NCBI RefSeq assembly: GCF_001194135.2
Contig: NC_068984.1
Coordinates: 82,095,949 to 82,159,948 of the forward strand
Length of the DNA: 64,000 bases
Reading direction: 5' to 3'
Source of the DNA: Octopus bimaculoides
Taxonomy: Eukaryota
The translations under genes were made by a program, and so were the position numbers. Below are positions 1 to 11,961 of this stretch, one piece after another (within the stretch, counting starts at the first letter, position 1; each line of letters starts with the position of its first letter). The notes beneath the pieces were generated by a model. That model was given only the letters and a program-made list of their open reading frames with translations, had not been told where the DNA came from and searched no databases.

Positions 1-667
1 TAGTATTTTATGGACCCAGTAAAAATGAAAGGTAAAGACAGCTTCAACACTGTTCTTCTAATATTGTTATTTGAACCTTAATGCTAATGATAATAATTTC
101 TTACATTGACACACAAGGCCTTAAATTTGGTGTAAAATGGGTAGTCATTCATACTGACTCTAGTATTTGAATGTTACTTTATTTTATTGACTCAAGAGAA
201 GTGAAAGGCAAAGTTGACTTTTGTAAAATTTGAACTTAGAAGAAACATCACAGGACAATCCATTATCCTTATAATAACTATTTTTAAAATAGGTACAAAG
301 CCACAAATATTGGGGAGGAGGATGATATTGTCAATTTACCCATGGGCCACTGTCTGTGATTTAGGCTGATGTCCTCAAGAAGTTCTAGGAGTCAGCTGCA
401 GCATCTGGAGTTAGGGATAAATCCAAATTCTGAGGGTTGAATAAGGTTATGTGAGTTACAGATTTTTCAAAGTATCTCTTTCTCTCTCACATAGAAGACC
501 ATAAATTTGGTGAGGCAGTTAGTGAAACCCTTTTACAAGCGCTCTCCAGGATCAAATTAGCTTATATATATATATATATATATATAACATTATTGTACAT
601 ACATATCACAGTCGAGATTTTATTTTATTTCACCAGGCACATAAATGTAAGTTTCTTAGCTTTGAGC

Positions 668-917
668 GAGATCGTTGCCAGTGCCCCTGGACTGGCTCTT
701 GTGTGGGTGGCACATAAAATACACCATTTTGAGCGTGGCCGTTGCCAGTACCGCCTGACTGGCCTTCGTGCCGGTGGCACNNNNNNNNNNGTAGAAACTC
801 TGCCAAATCAGATTGGAGCCTGGTGCAGCCATCTGGTTTCACCAGTCCTCAGTCAAATCGTCCAACCCATGCTAGCATGGAAAGCGGACGTTAAACGTTG
901 ATGATGATGATGATGAT
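668..917 (+). mobile_element. 3' end of an RTE-type LINE (family B): 3' UTR with internal subrepeats and an (ATG)n tail
   Basis: Ends CCAACCCATGCTAGCATGGAAAGCGGACGTTAAACG-(ATG)n. The same terminus recurs in reverse near 10297, 12355, 14092, 24688, 34958 and 36005. Confidence 0.8.
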
Positions 918-1143
918 TGACCCCTATTTTATTGATATTGGAAGGAGGAAATATAAAGTCAGCCATTGAAGGATTTGAAGTCAGGCATAAGTAAATACTG
1001 TGAAATATTTTGACCACCATTCTACTAGTGGTGGAGGTGATATTGGTGGTGACAGCAATGGTGGCACAAGTAATTGTGGTGGTCTGTTTATGACAGAAGG
1101 TGATGATGTTTATGATAAACAGTTATTTGTTTTGCTTCTGTAG

Positions 1144-1252
1144 GTGACGTAAAGCAACAAGAACCAAGTGAGACGGAGCAGACATTGCCTGTAGAAAAAG
1201 AATCTCAATCTCTAGTGGAAGAGGTACCTGTGTTACAACATTCATTTTCAAG
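1144..1252 (+). CDS. NEK1: NEK1-like kinase, internal exon of the low-complexity C-terminal region (xDVKQQEPSETEQTLPVEKESQSLVEEVPVLQHSFS)
   Basis: Pyrimidine tract plus TAG acceptor at 1141-1143; AG|GTTTGT donor. Open frame, phase 1 to phase 2, joins 2765 in frame. Assigned by phase continuity with the recognisable downstream exons. Confidence 0.6.
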
Positions 1253-1314
1253 GTTTGTAACTAGTTATTGTTATCATTATAAATTTTTCAGTGTCATCTT
1301 TAATACCATTATCA

Positions 1315-2430
1315 TTGTCAACCTAGCTAAAACCAAAGTCCTAATAAGTAGGAAGGTAGACAAAACACAAACCCCTTCAGGTAGATGGCCCTGCTCAATC
1401 TGTAGAAAAGGCGTAGGTAGAAACTCTATAAGATGTACCTAGTGTAAGCTATGGACACATAAGAGGTGCAGCAATATCAAAGGAAGGCTAACTAGGAAGT
1501 TAGTTTTTGTATGTGGCAGACGTTCAGGAGCAATAAATACTAAAAATGTGCAGAAAACATTCCAGGGAGAAAAACTAGAAGTTGTTGATAGCTTCAGTTA
1601 TCTAGGCGACCAAGTTAGTAGTGGGGGAGGGTGCACTGAAAGTGTAGCTGCTAGAATAAGAATAGCCTGGGCAAAGTTCAGAGAGCTCTTATCTCTGCTG
1701 GTGACAAAGGGCCTCTCGCTCAGAGTAAAAGGTAGACTGTATGACACGTGTGTGAACAGCCATGCTACATGGCAGTGAAACATGGGCCGTGACTGCTGAG
1801 GACATGCATAAGCTTGCAAGGAATGAAGCCAGTATGCTCCGATGGATGTGTAATGTCAGTGTACATACTCAATAGAGTGTAAGTACCTTGAGAGAAAAGT
1901 TGGACCTAAGAAGCNNNNNNNNNNNNNNNNNNNNNNNNNNNNNNNNNNNNNNNNNNNNNNNNNNNNNNNNNNNNNNNNNNNNNNNNNNNNNNNNNNNNNN
2001 NNNNNNNNNNNNNNNNNNNNNNNNNNNNNNNNNNNNNNNNNNNNNNNNNNNNNNNNNNNNNNNNNNNNNNNNNNNNNNNNNNNNNNNNNNNNNNNNNNNN
2101 NNNNNNNNNNNNNNNNNNNNNNNNNNNNNNNNNNNNNNNNNNNNNNNNNNNNNNNNNNNNNNNNNNNNNNNNNNNNNNNNNNNNNNNNNNNNNNNNNNNN
2201 NNNNNNNNNNNNNNNNNNNNNNNNNNNNNNNNNNNNNNNNNNNNNNNNNNNNNNNNNNNNNNNNNNNNNNNNNNNNNNNNNNNNNNNNNNNNNNNNNNNN
2301 NNNNNNNNNNNNNNNNNNNNNNNNNNNNNNNNNNNNNNNNNNNNNNNNNNNNNNNNNNNNNNNNNNNNNNNNNNNNNNNNNNNNNTGGACACTAAACTCT
2401 GCTTGCGAAGACCTGTTGAGGCAAGTGAAA
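1315..2430 (+). mobile_element. Degenerate RTE-type LINE (family B) ORF2 fragment, from the RT C-terminus to the 3' UTR; interrupted by a gap
   Basis: Translates to NLAKTKVL...Cys-rich finger...LEVVDSFSYLGDQV...RIRIAWAKFRELL...GSETW...MLRWMCNVSV, with stops and frameshifts. Confidence 0.85.
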
Positions 2431-2764
2431 TCATTTCTGATAAAAAAGAAAGAACACTAGAAGTGGCCTCCTACAACCTTCTCACAGTGCTACATAGCCA
2501 ATGCAGAGAGATAGATAGATAGATAGAGAGAGAGGGGGGGGGGAGGCAGAAAGAGAGAGAGAGAAATTAAATCCAGTAGTTGACTGTTATATTTTATTTA
2601 TTGAGTCTGGAAGACTGAAAAGCAAAGTTGACCGCTTATCAGGAACTCAGAACACAAAATCTGGAATAATCACCATAAGGGATTTGTCCAATGTGTTGCT
2701 GAATTGATGGCCTTCATTTTCAATTCTTACAAAATCTTAATTCTAAGCTATTTTTAATTTTCAG

Positions 2765-2810
2765 CCCTCAGTTGGATTCAATAAATGATCTTCCAGAACA
2801 AAAAGAGGAG
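2765..2810 (+). CDS. NEK1: NEK1-like exon (SPQLDSINDLPEQKEE)
   Basis: TTTTAATTTTCAG acceptor and GAG|GTTTGT donor; 46 nt, phase 2 to phase 0, compatible with both neighbours. Confidence 0.65.
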
Positions 2811-3168
2811 GTTTGTATTATCTGTTTTTTTTCTGTTTATATTTCTTTCAAACCTCTGGTTAGGATGAGAAAAATCAGTTTTATGTGTAGTTATTGTTGT
2901 TGCTTAACCCCAGATCAATCGTAATTGAGCAGACCTGTGGTCAAAAACTCTTGTTTATAAACATTGTCTCTTCATTTTCAGATATGATGTATTTAGGACC
3001 ACACCTAATGTGTCCTTTCTATTTTGATGCAGATTCGCCTGTCATCCTTAGTAGCTTGGCTTTTTTGTTGACTTGTGTGTTTCTGTTGTTGAATTCAGTA
3101 ATTTGATGAGGGGTTAACGAAGTCTCTTGTATCATGTTATTATAAGTGTTACCCTTTATTTCCTTCAG

Positions 3169-3267
3169 CTAATGAGGACTCGGTCAGTACCAGATCTCAC
3201 TAGTCTGTTCCAAACTGCTGATAGCAAAATAAAAGAAACTACTGAAAATCTAGATAGCTTAAAAAAG
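3169..3267 (+). CDS. NEK1: NEK1-like exon (LMRTRSVPDLTSLFQTADSKIKETTENLDSLKK)
   Basis: TTTCCTTCAG acceptor and AAG|GTGAGT donor. LMRTRSVPDLTSLFQT matches the recalled vertebrate NEK1 motif MLRTCSLPDLSKLFRT. Confidence 0.85.
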
Positions 3268-3494
3268 GTGAGTAAATACTTGGAGTACTTATGTTATGTC
3301 TGATATTATGTATATGTAGTAGTATATATGTGTATGTGCTTGCATACCTGTGTGTCATTTAGTTGTTATTTTACAACTCAAAAAAAAAAATCTGCAGTTC
3401 ATTGTCTGAGATTTGTAAATTATCTAATTCCATTAGAAATTTATGGATTTTTAATGATTTTATTTTCTATATTTCCTTGGAACATAACTTGAAG

Positions 3495-3565
3495 GAATCA
3501 CAGAAAACTGATTTCCTGAAGCGACTTTCTCAAGTTTCTGATGATTTTGAACCAAGCCTTGAAGA
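3495..3565 (+). CDS. NEK1: NEK1-like exon (ESQKTDFLKRLSQVSDDFEPSLE)
   Basis: GA|GTGAGT donor, phase 0 to phase 2. The acceptor is the first AG after the pyrimidine tract (3494); an in-frame alternative acceptor would start the exon at 3504. Confidence 0.7.
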
Positions 3566-5190
3566 GTGAGTTCATACTTATTTCTTGATACTGCTGTTTA
3601 GTCTCTGTATTGCCTTGTAACTTTATAGTTTGTTGAGATACCAATGAAAATTTGTATGCATGTCATGATTCAAGGGAGGAATGAATTGTTAAAGTGATAT
3701 TAAGACATGGTACAGCTTCTGTGAGAGGATGCGCACTGCTAACATTTCAATTAGAGGAATTATAGATGAGCTATCACTTCACTAAAACAACTTATTCTAT
3801 TCACATTCACTATATGGTTGCATCATTTGATGAAGATATTGGATATTTTAAAGTAGTTGGTCGCTTGATAAAGGATGAGTGCTTTATTTGAAAACTAAAG
3901 ATATTGTAAAATAGTTTAACCATGATTGATGAACAAACAGATGAGAACAATGACATTATGAAAATACCCTATTATGTGTTGCACCTGTCATACCTTTTCA
4001 TGTAATATAAAATATTTTCTAATTTTCACATATATATTAAATACCAGTCTTCCAGATAACCAAATGAAGTAGTCTCTACACAAGCTTTGGAGACCCCCTT
4101 GCCCAACAGTGAAATTTCACCATCTTTCAAATTTGAAACTAGTCACAAACAAAGCCTGTAAAAGACCTTGTAGAAAAGTTTTATAACCTATGAATTTGTA
4201 AAATTAAAGATTGATTATTTTTCTTGGCACAGACGTGATCTCAAGTTCTTGTGCTCTTACAATTTCCACCTGGTACTAAGATAGTTCCCCATGCTTACTT
4301 TAGATGGTCACTTGACCTACTAGAAACAACAGCCAAATTTGGTTACATCTCTTTACATTTGAATTCAAATCTCACTGAGAACTGTTTTGCCATCAATTCT
4401 TCCATGATTAATAAAATAAACAACTGTTAGTTATTGAGGTAGATTTAATTGCATCCAACTCCTATAATTTATGATCATGTGATAAAAGTAAGCGATCATT
4501 ATCATAGTTATTATTATTAAGAGAGTTAGATAATAGTGAAATAAAGTTATTACAATGGACGTAAATATATTTGCTTATCTAAGTAATATAGTTGTAAAAT
4601 TTGATAATTTAAATATTTATCTGTTGGTTTAAAAGTATCTTTGGCTTTTAATATTTATAAATAGATCTGGGAGGTGGAATGACAAAATTAGTGAAGTTTC
4701 AGATAAAAGGTTTTGCAGTATTTTAATTGTGTCATAAATAGATTTTTTTGTAGTTTTTAATTTTTATTATTTTTGTTTTATCTTTTGTTATTTCTTAAAC
4801 AGTTTCTATGCTCTACATTGTAATGTAGGGCAAGAATTCCTGGTTGATTTCTTTCACTTCACTTTGCTATTCATATCTAGCCCAGCCATTTTAGATTCAC
4901 TACTGGATAGTACCTCTCCTGATTTTAGGCCTATGTGTCTATGCTAACCAAGTCCAGATTGGACAGGATACTCCCATGGTTGAATGTATAGTCCCAGCCA
5001 TTGGCACTTTGCTGTTAATGCTCTTGTGAAAAGCATTAATTTCACTAACATTCATTTTTCCTCTCCTAAAAACCACAACCTTTTGTTCTTGTGATGTTGG
5101 TGATCAGGCTTACTAAGTTAAAAGTTAACTGCTTCTGCTATACTAATCAATCCTTGATACATTGCTTATAATTGTGCTTTTTTTATTTAG

Positions 5191-5246
5191 GACAGACGAG
5201 ATTAGTCTGGTACGGCAGTCTATGCAAGATGTATTGACAAAAAGTT
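5191..5246 (+). CDS. NEK1: NEK1-like exon (ETDEISLVRQSMQDVLTKS)
   Basis: TTTTTTTATTTAG acceptor and T|GTAAGT donor, phase 2 to phase 1. Resembles the recalled NEK1 segment TDTDLQELQASMEQLL. Confidence 0.8.
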
Positions 5247-5594
5247 GTAAGTTTACTCTTTTTCTTTTTTTCTTTTTTCTCTTTTTTTAATTTTTTTTTT
5301 TTATCTTCAGTGTCTTTAAAATTCATTGCTTTGAAAATATAAGCGATAAATAGCTGAGTGGATGAGCTATTGAACTATCAAATCACATGCAGTTATTTCA
5401 TCCTATTTCTGAATTGGACGCTTTATTATACTATGCCACTCTTCATCTCACTTGTGGTAATAAGTATCAGATTCTCATAGAAAAAGTCAGTAAGGTTTGT
5501 TTAGCCTGTCATTAAAGACTTTTTTTTTTAATCATAAAAAGTAATGTAACTGTTACTATTTATTCTAACAAATGTGTAAAGTGAAGGTAAAGAC

Positions 5595-5911
5595 CTCCTT
5601 CAGTCATGAATGACCATGGGATTACACCTAGAAAGTTTTCCTCCAAGATACAAGTCCGGGCAAGGTTGTTTATGGAACCATGCATACCAGCCTCCCCTTT
5701 CCACACCACTGACATTATCCAAGGGAAAAGCAAAAGCCAATACAGCTTGGCACCAATGACATTGCAACTCATTTCTACAGTTGAGTGAACTGGAGCAACA
5801 TGGAATGAAGTGTCTTGCTCAAGAATACAACACATAGCCCAGTCTGGGAATCAAACTCACTACTTCATGATTGTGAGCCCAATGCTCTAACGACTGAGCC
5901 ATGCACCTTCA
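5595..5911 (-). mobile_element. tRNA-derived SINE (family E)
   Basis: The minus strand starts TGAAGGTGCATGGCTCAGTCGTTAGAGC (A box) ... GAGTTTGATTCCC (B box), then a CTTGAGCAAGACACTT core. A remnant lies at about 22540-22730 and a head at 48487-48507. Confidence 0.65.
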
Positions 5912-6032
5912 CAACAATGTGTTGAGTGAATGTATATTTAGATTTTATTTCTTTTTTAATATTAAGCACTATAAGTATCAGCCTTTTCCCTCATTTTCAT
6001 CCTTTTTTTTTTCCATTTTAGTTTTATGATCT

Positions 6033-6204
6033 AGGCGCAGGAGTGGCTGTGTGGTAAGTAGCTTGCTTACCAACCACATGGTTCCGGGTTCAGTCCCACT
6101 GCGTAGCACCTTGGGCAAGTGTCTTCTACTATAGCCTCGGGCCAACCAAAGCCTTGTGAGTGGATTTGGTAGACGGAAACTGAAAGAAGCCCGTCGTACA
6201 TATG

Positions 6205-6235
<31 letters not shown>

Positions 6236-6443
6236 TTGTGTGTCTGTTTTTTCCCCCATCATCACTTGACGACCGATGGTGGTGTGTTTACGTCCCCGTA
6301 ACTTAGCGGTTCGGCAAAAAGAGACCGATAGAATAAGTACTAGGCTTACAAAGAATAAGTCCTGGGGTCGATTTTCTTGACTAAAGGTGGTGCTCCAGCA
6401 TGGCCACAGTCAAATGACTGAAACAAGTAAAAGAGTAAAAGAG
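6033..6443 (+). mobile_element. Full-length tRNA-derived SINE (family A) with an internal (TA)n(TG)n tract
   Basis: A box TGGCTGTGTGG, B box GGTTCAGTCCC, CCTTGGGCAAG core and (AGTAAAAG)n tail; at least five other copies in the window. Confidence 0.9.
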
Positions 6444-6810
6444 TACAGCTGCAATAGATTTGCATCATATACATTTAGATCACTTCTAGAAAGTAAGGAA
6501 CAGAAAAGAGTCAATAAATAAAGCAATTGCTGATTATTAAACATTTATATTTCTGAATATTCAAATGTGGAAGTGTGAGCTTGTCCTGCATTTTAGTTTC
6601 AAGAGTATTTTATTACCCTATAATATAACAGAATTTAATTCAAGTCTTTGATTGTTGCATTATTATTCCAATCCTCCATTATTAGCCACCAGTGATAGCT
6701 GGCACTTTTCATTGTCTAATGACATGTTTTAACACTAACAAAAGAAATTTCTCGTTTGGAAGTAACTTGGTTTAAAATTGTATTTTTAATTTTTCTTCTT
6801 ATCATTCTAG

Positions 6811-6975
6811 TAGATGATGAAGATAGTGATGGAGATGATGGTGTCAGCTTAATGTCTGACCAAACAGAACCAGAGCTGAAGAATATTAAAGAGGAAGATG
6901 AGTGTGAAGATGATTATGATGATGTCAGCCTAGGAAATAGGGATACTGACAGTAAATGCAATTTATATCTTTCAG
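6811..6975 (+). CDS. NEK1: NEK1-like acidic exon (LDDEDSDGDDGVSLMSDQTEPELKNIKEEDECEDDYDDVSLGNRDTDSKCNLYLS)
   Basis: TTCTTATCATTCTAG acceptor, phase 1 start, acidic open frame. The donor is uncertain: CAG|GTGCGT at 6975 or A|GTAAAT near 6950, both phase 1. Confidence 0.7.
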
Positions 6976-7867
6976 GTGCGTAACTAACTTACTGCAGCAG
7001 TAGAAATGATCAGTAATATAGAGGGAAATGGAAGGAATGTAGTAATTCTGATAATGAATACCAACAATATAGTTATGTGTGTATTAATTACTCTTAGTCT
7101 TGTCAGCTTAGTAGTATATGATTTACTGAGGAGGAGTAATAAAATTGAAACATAATATCATTGAAGCTATCTCCCTTGCTGGTTTTTCAACCATAAACAC
7201 TTCTAGAGGTAGTTTTTATCAACTATTTGTTAGGATAATCTCAATTGATAGGAGTTTTTCAACTCACTATATTGTATATACGAGACCATACTGTATTTGT
7301 TTTTAACATGTAGAACATACCCTTAAGGTATTTTCTCCTTGCCATTTATTTTTTCTCTTTTTTCAGACAGTGTGTACCCAGGTCTATATTTTCTTATGTT
7401 TCTATTTTTTTTTTTTAATGTAGTAGTGTGATTTGAGGTAGATTTGGCTGCTAATTGTAACAGGGCACTTCAGTGGCTAATTTGTTAAGTATTTGGCTTC
7501 TACTTTGAAAATGCTAAGTAATATTTGTTACAGAGATTTTTCTTATTTAACCATTATATGGGCACAACTAGGAGTTATGCAGAATCTTCAGGTTTGTTGT
7601 GATGAATAGTTTGTGAGGCTATGGCAGGATGATGGGTTGGTTTGGGTTTGTGTTAGTTGAAGGTGCCAAAGGTAAGCATTAATGTATGAGCATATCCAAT
7701 AGTGTTTTGGAAATTTCCCAAAACAGAACTGTTTCACTTGGGTGGTTTCATTGTGCTTGAAGTAATTTTGTGATTATATATAAAAGTGTTTTAAAACATT
7801 TTACATGAACATGGAAGGGGTTCTAGAGAAATACAGTTTTGGATAGAACAATAGAACAACAAGTAGG

Positions 7868-8520
7868 ATATCATCATCATCATTATCAACATCATCATAA
7901 TCATCATCATTGTTATCATCATCACCACCATCACTACATTTTCATCTGTTTTCCTATGTTTGTATGGGTTGTGCAAATTTTCTCCAACACATCATTGCAA
8001 TACTTGCTGCATTTCTTTATCATCTCCTCTGTGAGTTTCAGCACCATTAAATTAGCTTTCATCACATCTTCCTGTGTCTGCCTTGATCTTTCTTTTCCAC
8101 TAGTCCTTTCTACATTGAATCTCCTGACACTAATTCACTCACCCATCATTAGCAATGAAGTTGTCTCTTTTGCACATTACAACTGATTACTCTCATACAC
8201 GGTTCATCTCAGTTCATTTATGTCTTATTTTTCATGCACACTAACATTACACATCCGGCAGGTTATGCTTGCTTTGTTTCTTTCCAACCTTCGAATATCC
8301 TCTGCATTTAGTGCTCATATCTCATGACCATCTTGCATTACAGTTAATACAAAGTACTCTTTGCTTGGAGAGAGAAACTCCTTGTCAGCAGAAGTAAGTG
8401 CTTCCTGAATTGTGTCCACCCTATTCTAATTCTGGTTATTATACTTTCAAAACACCTACCTTCACTGTTGCTTGGATTACCCAGGTAATAAGCTATTAAC
8501 TATATAGAGCCTTCCAAGTT
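7868..8520 (-). mobile_element. Old family-B LINE 3' fragment with a decayed (ATG)n tail
   Basis: The minus strand retains decayed YLG, MCNVSVH and R.L blocks. The (CAT)n tract at 7868-7935 is its tail and explains the His-rich and Met-rich ORFs there. Confidence 0.6.
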
Positions 8521-9914
8521 TTGCATTGAATTTATTTTACTGGAGCTCTAACTACTAACTACTCCTGTACATTTATCACAGGCAGGGTTTATATTCATTG
8601 TCAGTCTGCCTTCAATTTCTTTACACCTTGAGTACACTGTATGAGATATATACCTACTCCTTTTCTGTATATTCAGCTTGATCATTTCCTTGATGGCACC
8701 AGAGTCCTGTTTTTTTTCCACTTGAAATAGTGATGAAAGACTATGTAAATATACAAAACTGTATATTAGTTGACTTAAGAGAATAGAATTGTTTAAAAGC
8801 AATACTTAATTAGTGTTAATGTAATAAATACGGGGATCATTAAAACAAAATAAAGCTGAAAATAATGTGATTAGAGAAAAAGATGCAAGATTAGTTATTG
8901 ACTAATATTTTCATATTTCCAACAAATACAAGGCACAAATCTCGTTTCAGCATTATTCTGACTTCTTCAGTAAAGCATCATTTTCATATCAATTAAATCA
9001 TGAAAACATATTACATGTATCTAGATGTTATAATGTCCACTGCATTGAAGTAGAAGTAATATGACAAATAAACATCTGGATAGAAAATTTTAACAAATCT
9101 TCACACATATATCATGTCATATCATAACACACATGCACATATACACACATCTTATACAAACATCTATTCTCATATTAATAAACACTATTTTGAAAAAAGT
9201 TTACTCTGTGATGTTATTGGCTTGAAAAAAAGACGATGGTTTAGTTACTGTGTTATATTTAATGTAATGAACATTGGAAAAATCTAACTAGAAATATTTA
9301 TGAAAATACTAATGTCATTTCTCTCCTCCATGCATCATAATCATTTTTTTTGTTAGTTTTTTATGCTTATCATATTAAATATATGAATGCTAATTTAACC
9401 ATTGTTTTCCATGTGTGATGTCGTTTGTATTTTTTTAAATTTATGTATGTATATATATTTTTGTGTATATATATATANNNNNNNNNNNNNNNNNNNNNNN
9501 NNNNNNNNNNNNNNNNNNNNNNNNNNNNNNNNNNNNNNNNNNNNNNNNNNNNNNNNNNNNNNNNNNNNNNNNNNNNNNNNNNNNNNNNNNNNNNNNNNNN
9601 NNNNNNNNNNNNNNNNNNNNNNNNNNNNNNNNNNNNNNNNNNNNNNNNNNNNNNNNNNNNNNNNNNNNNNNNNNNNNNNNNNNNNNNNNNNNNNNNNNNN
9701 NNNNNNNNNNNNNNNNNNNNNNNNNNNNNNNNNNNNNNNNNNNNNNNNNNNNNNNNNNNNNNNNNNNNNNNNNNNNNNNNNNNNNNNNNNNNNNNNNNTA
9801 TATATATAAAACACATAGTAGATGATCCACAAGCACTGAAGCAAACTGAGTCTTCAACTTGTTCCATTTGCCAAAAGGTTTTACTGAACCCTCATATGTT
9901 GTTCACAAGAGAAT

Positions 9915-9950
<36 letters not shown>

Positions 9951-9970
9951 ATTTTAAAATATATTTTTAG

Positions 9971-10101
9971 CTTTAATGGAAGAAAATGCTGAGGAAGATG
10001 CAGCAAGTACTGATATTTTCTCAAAGCTGGAAGAACGAAGGGAGCAACTTGAAAACGATGTTGGAGGTGCACTTTTGAAAAAGGTTTACTGGATGATACA
10101 T
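9971..10101 (+). CDS. NEK1: NEK1-like exon, start of the conserved C-terminal domain (ALMEENAEEDAASTDIFSKLEERREQLENDVGGALLKKVYWMIH)
   Basis: TTTTTAG acceptor and CAT|GTAAGT donor. IFSKLEERREQLE..G...Y..I aligns with the recalled NEK1 segment [28 protein letters not shown]. Confidence 0.85.
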
Positions 10102-10700
10102 GTAAGTAAACTACTTTTGTTTTCCTTTGCTTTCTACTGTTTCATCAAGTTTGAAACGTTTGAAATAATATTATCTCTGACAAAAGTTAACTGGAGTCCT
10201 CAAAGAATTGAAAAGGTACAGTATGCAATGTAGAGAAAGGTATAGGAGATTTAGTCAAATCATTTTCTCATTCTGACACACCCTTGGATATTCTTATCAT
10301 CATCATCATTTTACATTTGCTTTCCATGCTAGCATGGGCTGGATGGATTATCACTATCCAAAATCAGTTTTATTTGGAGTTACTGTTCTCCTAGATGGAT
10401 TGGGAGACCAGATCTTTAAACAATTCATTTCTGACATGGTTTCTATGGCTGGATACCATTCTTAATACCAACCATTTTATAGAGTACTTTGGATGCATTT
10501 TATTGTGGCACCAATGAATTCTCTCCTCACATTGTCTCTGTCCTTTCAAGGCAAGAGGGCAAACAGAAGAGAGTGATGACACAGCAAACAAAAGAGGTGA
10601 GAGTATAAGTGTGATATTATGTTATGCTTTTTCTTATATCCTTGCAGGTTAATCTTGTTGAATGGTAGGTATTTAATTATCTCTAATGTTGCATTTACAG

Positions 10701-10818
10701 GACAAACTGCAGGAAGATGACATAGATGATGAGGAAATAATTAGCTTACTGTCTGACAAAGCTGTTTACTACCAGCCAATTGTCCAGTTAGTCCTTGCTG
10801 ATACAGCCTTCACCAATA
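10701..10818 (+). CDS. NEK1: NEK1-like exon (DKLQEDDIDDEEIISLLSDKAVYYQPIVQLVLADTAFTN)
   Basis: TTTACAG acceptor and A|GTAAGT donor. YQPIVQLVLADTAF aligns with the recalled NEK1 segment YAKILHLVMADGAY. Confidence 0.85.
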
Positions 10819-11171
10819 GTAAGTTTATAGAATTGTTTGATAAAATGTATATTATAAATGGTTAATAGCTTATCAGATTATGGTAGTGTACAGTTGTGTA
10901 GTATTAGAAAATTACCAAATAATTGTAAACTTTGTCTTTCTTATTTGCCTTCTCTCTCTCTCTCACCTAGACACTTTCACCAAAATTTTGTCTATCCCTC
11001 ACCCTCACTCTCACTAACCAGCTCTCCCATTGAACCCTTTCCCTTTACTCACTGCTATCAAAAAACAGTCAGTACTACTAGAAGGTTATCTGTAACTAGC
11101 TCCTTCTCTTTCACACCACTGCTTTCATTAACTCATCATATACAAAATAATATTTTCGTAAATCATAAATA

Positions 11172-11961
11172 CAGTGCTCCCTCTCTATAACACAGGTGAT
11201 GGGGATCCAAGAAAACCAACCGCCTTCTATCCGGGGGAGGCGATAATAGAAGAAAATGAGATATTTGGTTTGATTAGTAAAGTGCACGAACAAAAAACAA
11301 ACACATTCATTCAAGTTTAATATTTATTATACAATAAATTAATTATAAAATACCATGAATTATAGCACTTACAACAACTTTAAAAAAATATTTACATTGC
11401 ATTTTAGATGACATGCCACCTAGTGAATGATTTGAAAGCCCTTAAAAGTATGTTTAATTAATAAAGTTACATTGTATGAAAGTTGACATTTAATTGTTTT
11501 TTTATTCAATCATATAAAAAAAAGTCTGTCAGCTTCTTCTGCCACAGTTTTTTCCTCATCTTAATCTGTGCCTGCCTGAGCAGGTTCTTCAGGTGCATGA
11601 CGTGGACTGGTCCATAGTCTTCACACTCAGTGTATTTTATAAGCCACTTGAGGTATGAGACAGCCTCCGTGTGTGTCTTGGCTGGGGCTGGTGTCTCCAC
11701 TTCCTCTGTGTCATCTTCTTCTGGCTCCTCCTTAATCTGCTCCACAAACTGGGTGTCTGTCGGTGTCTCTGTTGGGGATATGGCTTCCTCTGCTTCCAGC
11801 TACCTGCTAACCCAGTCTTGTAGGGTCATTGTCTCCTCTAGGTGATCCTCTAGATGCTGTTCAAGTTGTGAGTGATAATGAGGGAAATTCTGCTTCAAAT
11901 TATTTGGGGTCCATCAAACCACCCGCAGTATAACAAGATGCCTTATAAAGAGGGAGCACTG
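11172..11961 (-). mobile_element. Non-autonomous Tigger/pogo-like DNA transposon in the last NEK1 intron
   Basis: 19-bp TIRs CAGTGCTCCCTCTCTATAA / TTATAAAGAGGGAGCACTG (18/19 match) with TA on both sides. The residual ORF ends ...QKKLTDFF, a Tigger-like C-terminus. Confidence 0.85.

Noticed and set aside
5560-6265. ORFs of 60-95 aa here and over other SINE copies (14252, 16982, 24838, 36169, 50782, 56602)
   Set aside because: They lie within dispersed repeats and recur with different frames and stops in each copy.
6756-6810. Hydrophobic signal-peptide-like start of ORF 6756-6983
   Set aside because: It is the translated polypyrimidine tract of the intron; the real exon begins at 6811.
9819-9877. 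Extra NEK1 exon (VDDPQALKQTESSTCSICQK)
   Set aside because: No pyrimidine tract, and it ends in phase 0, incompatible with the phase-1 exon at 9971. The upstream gap prevents full exclusion.
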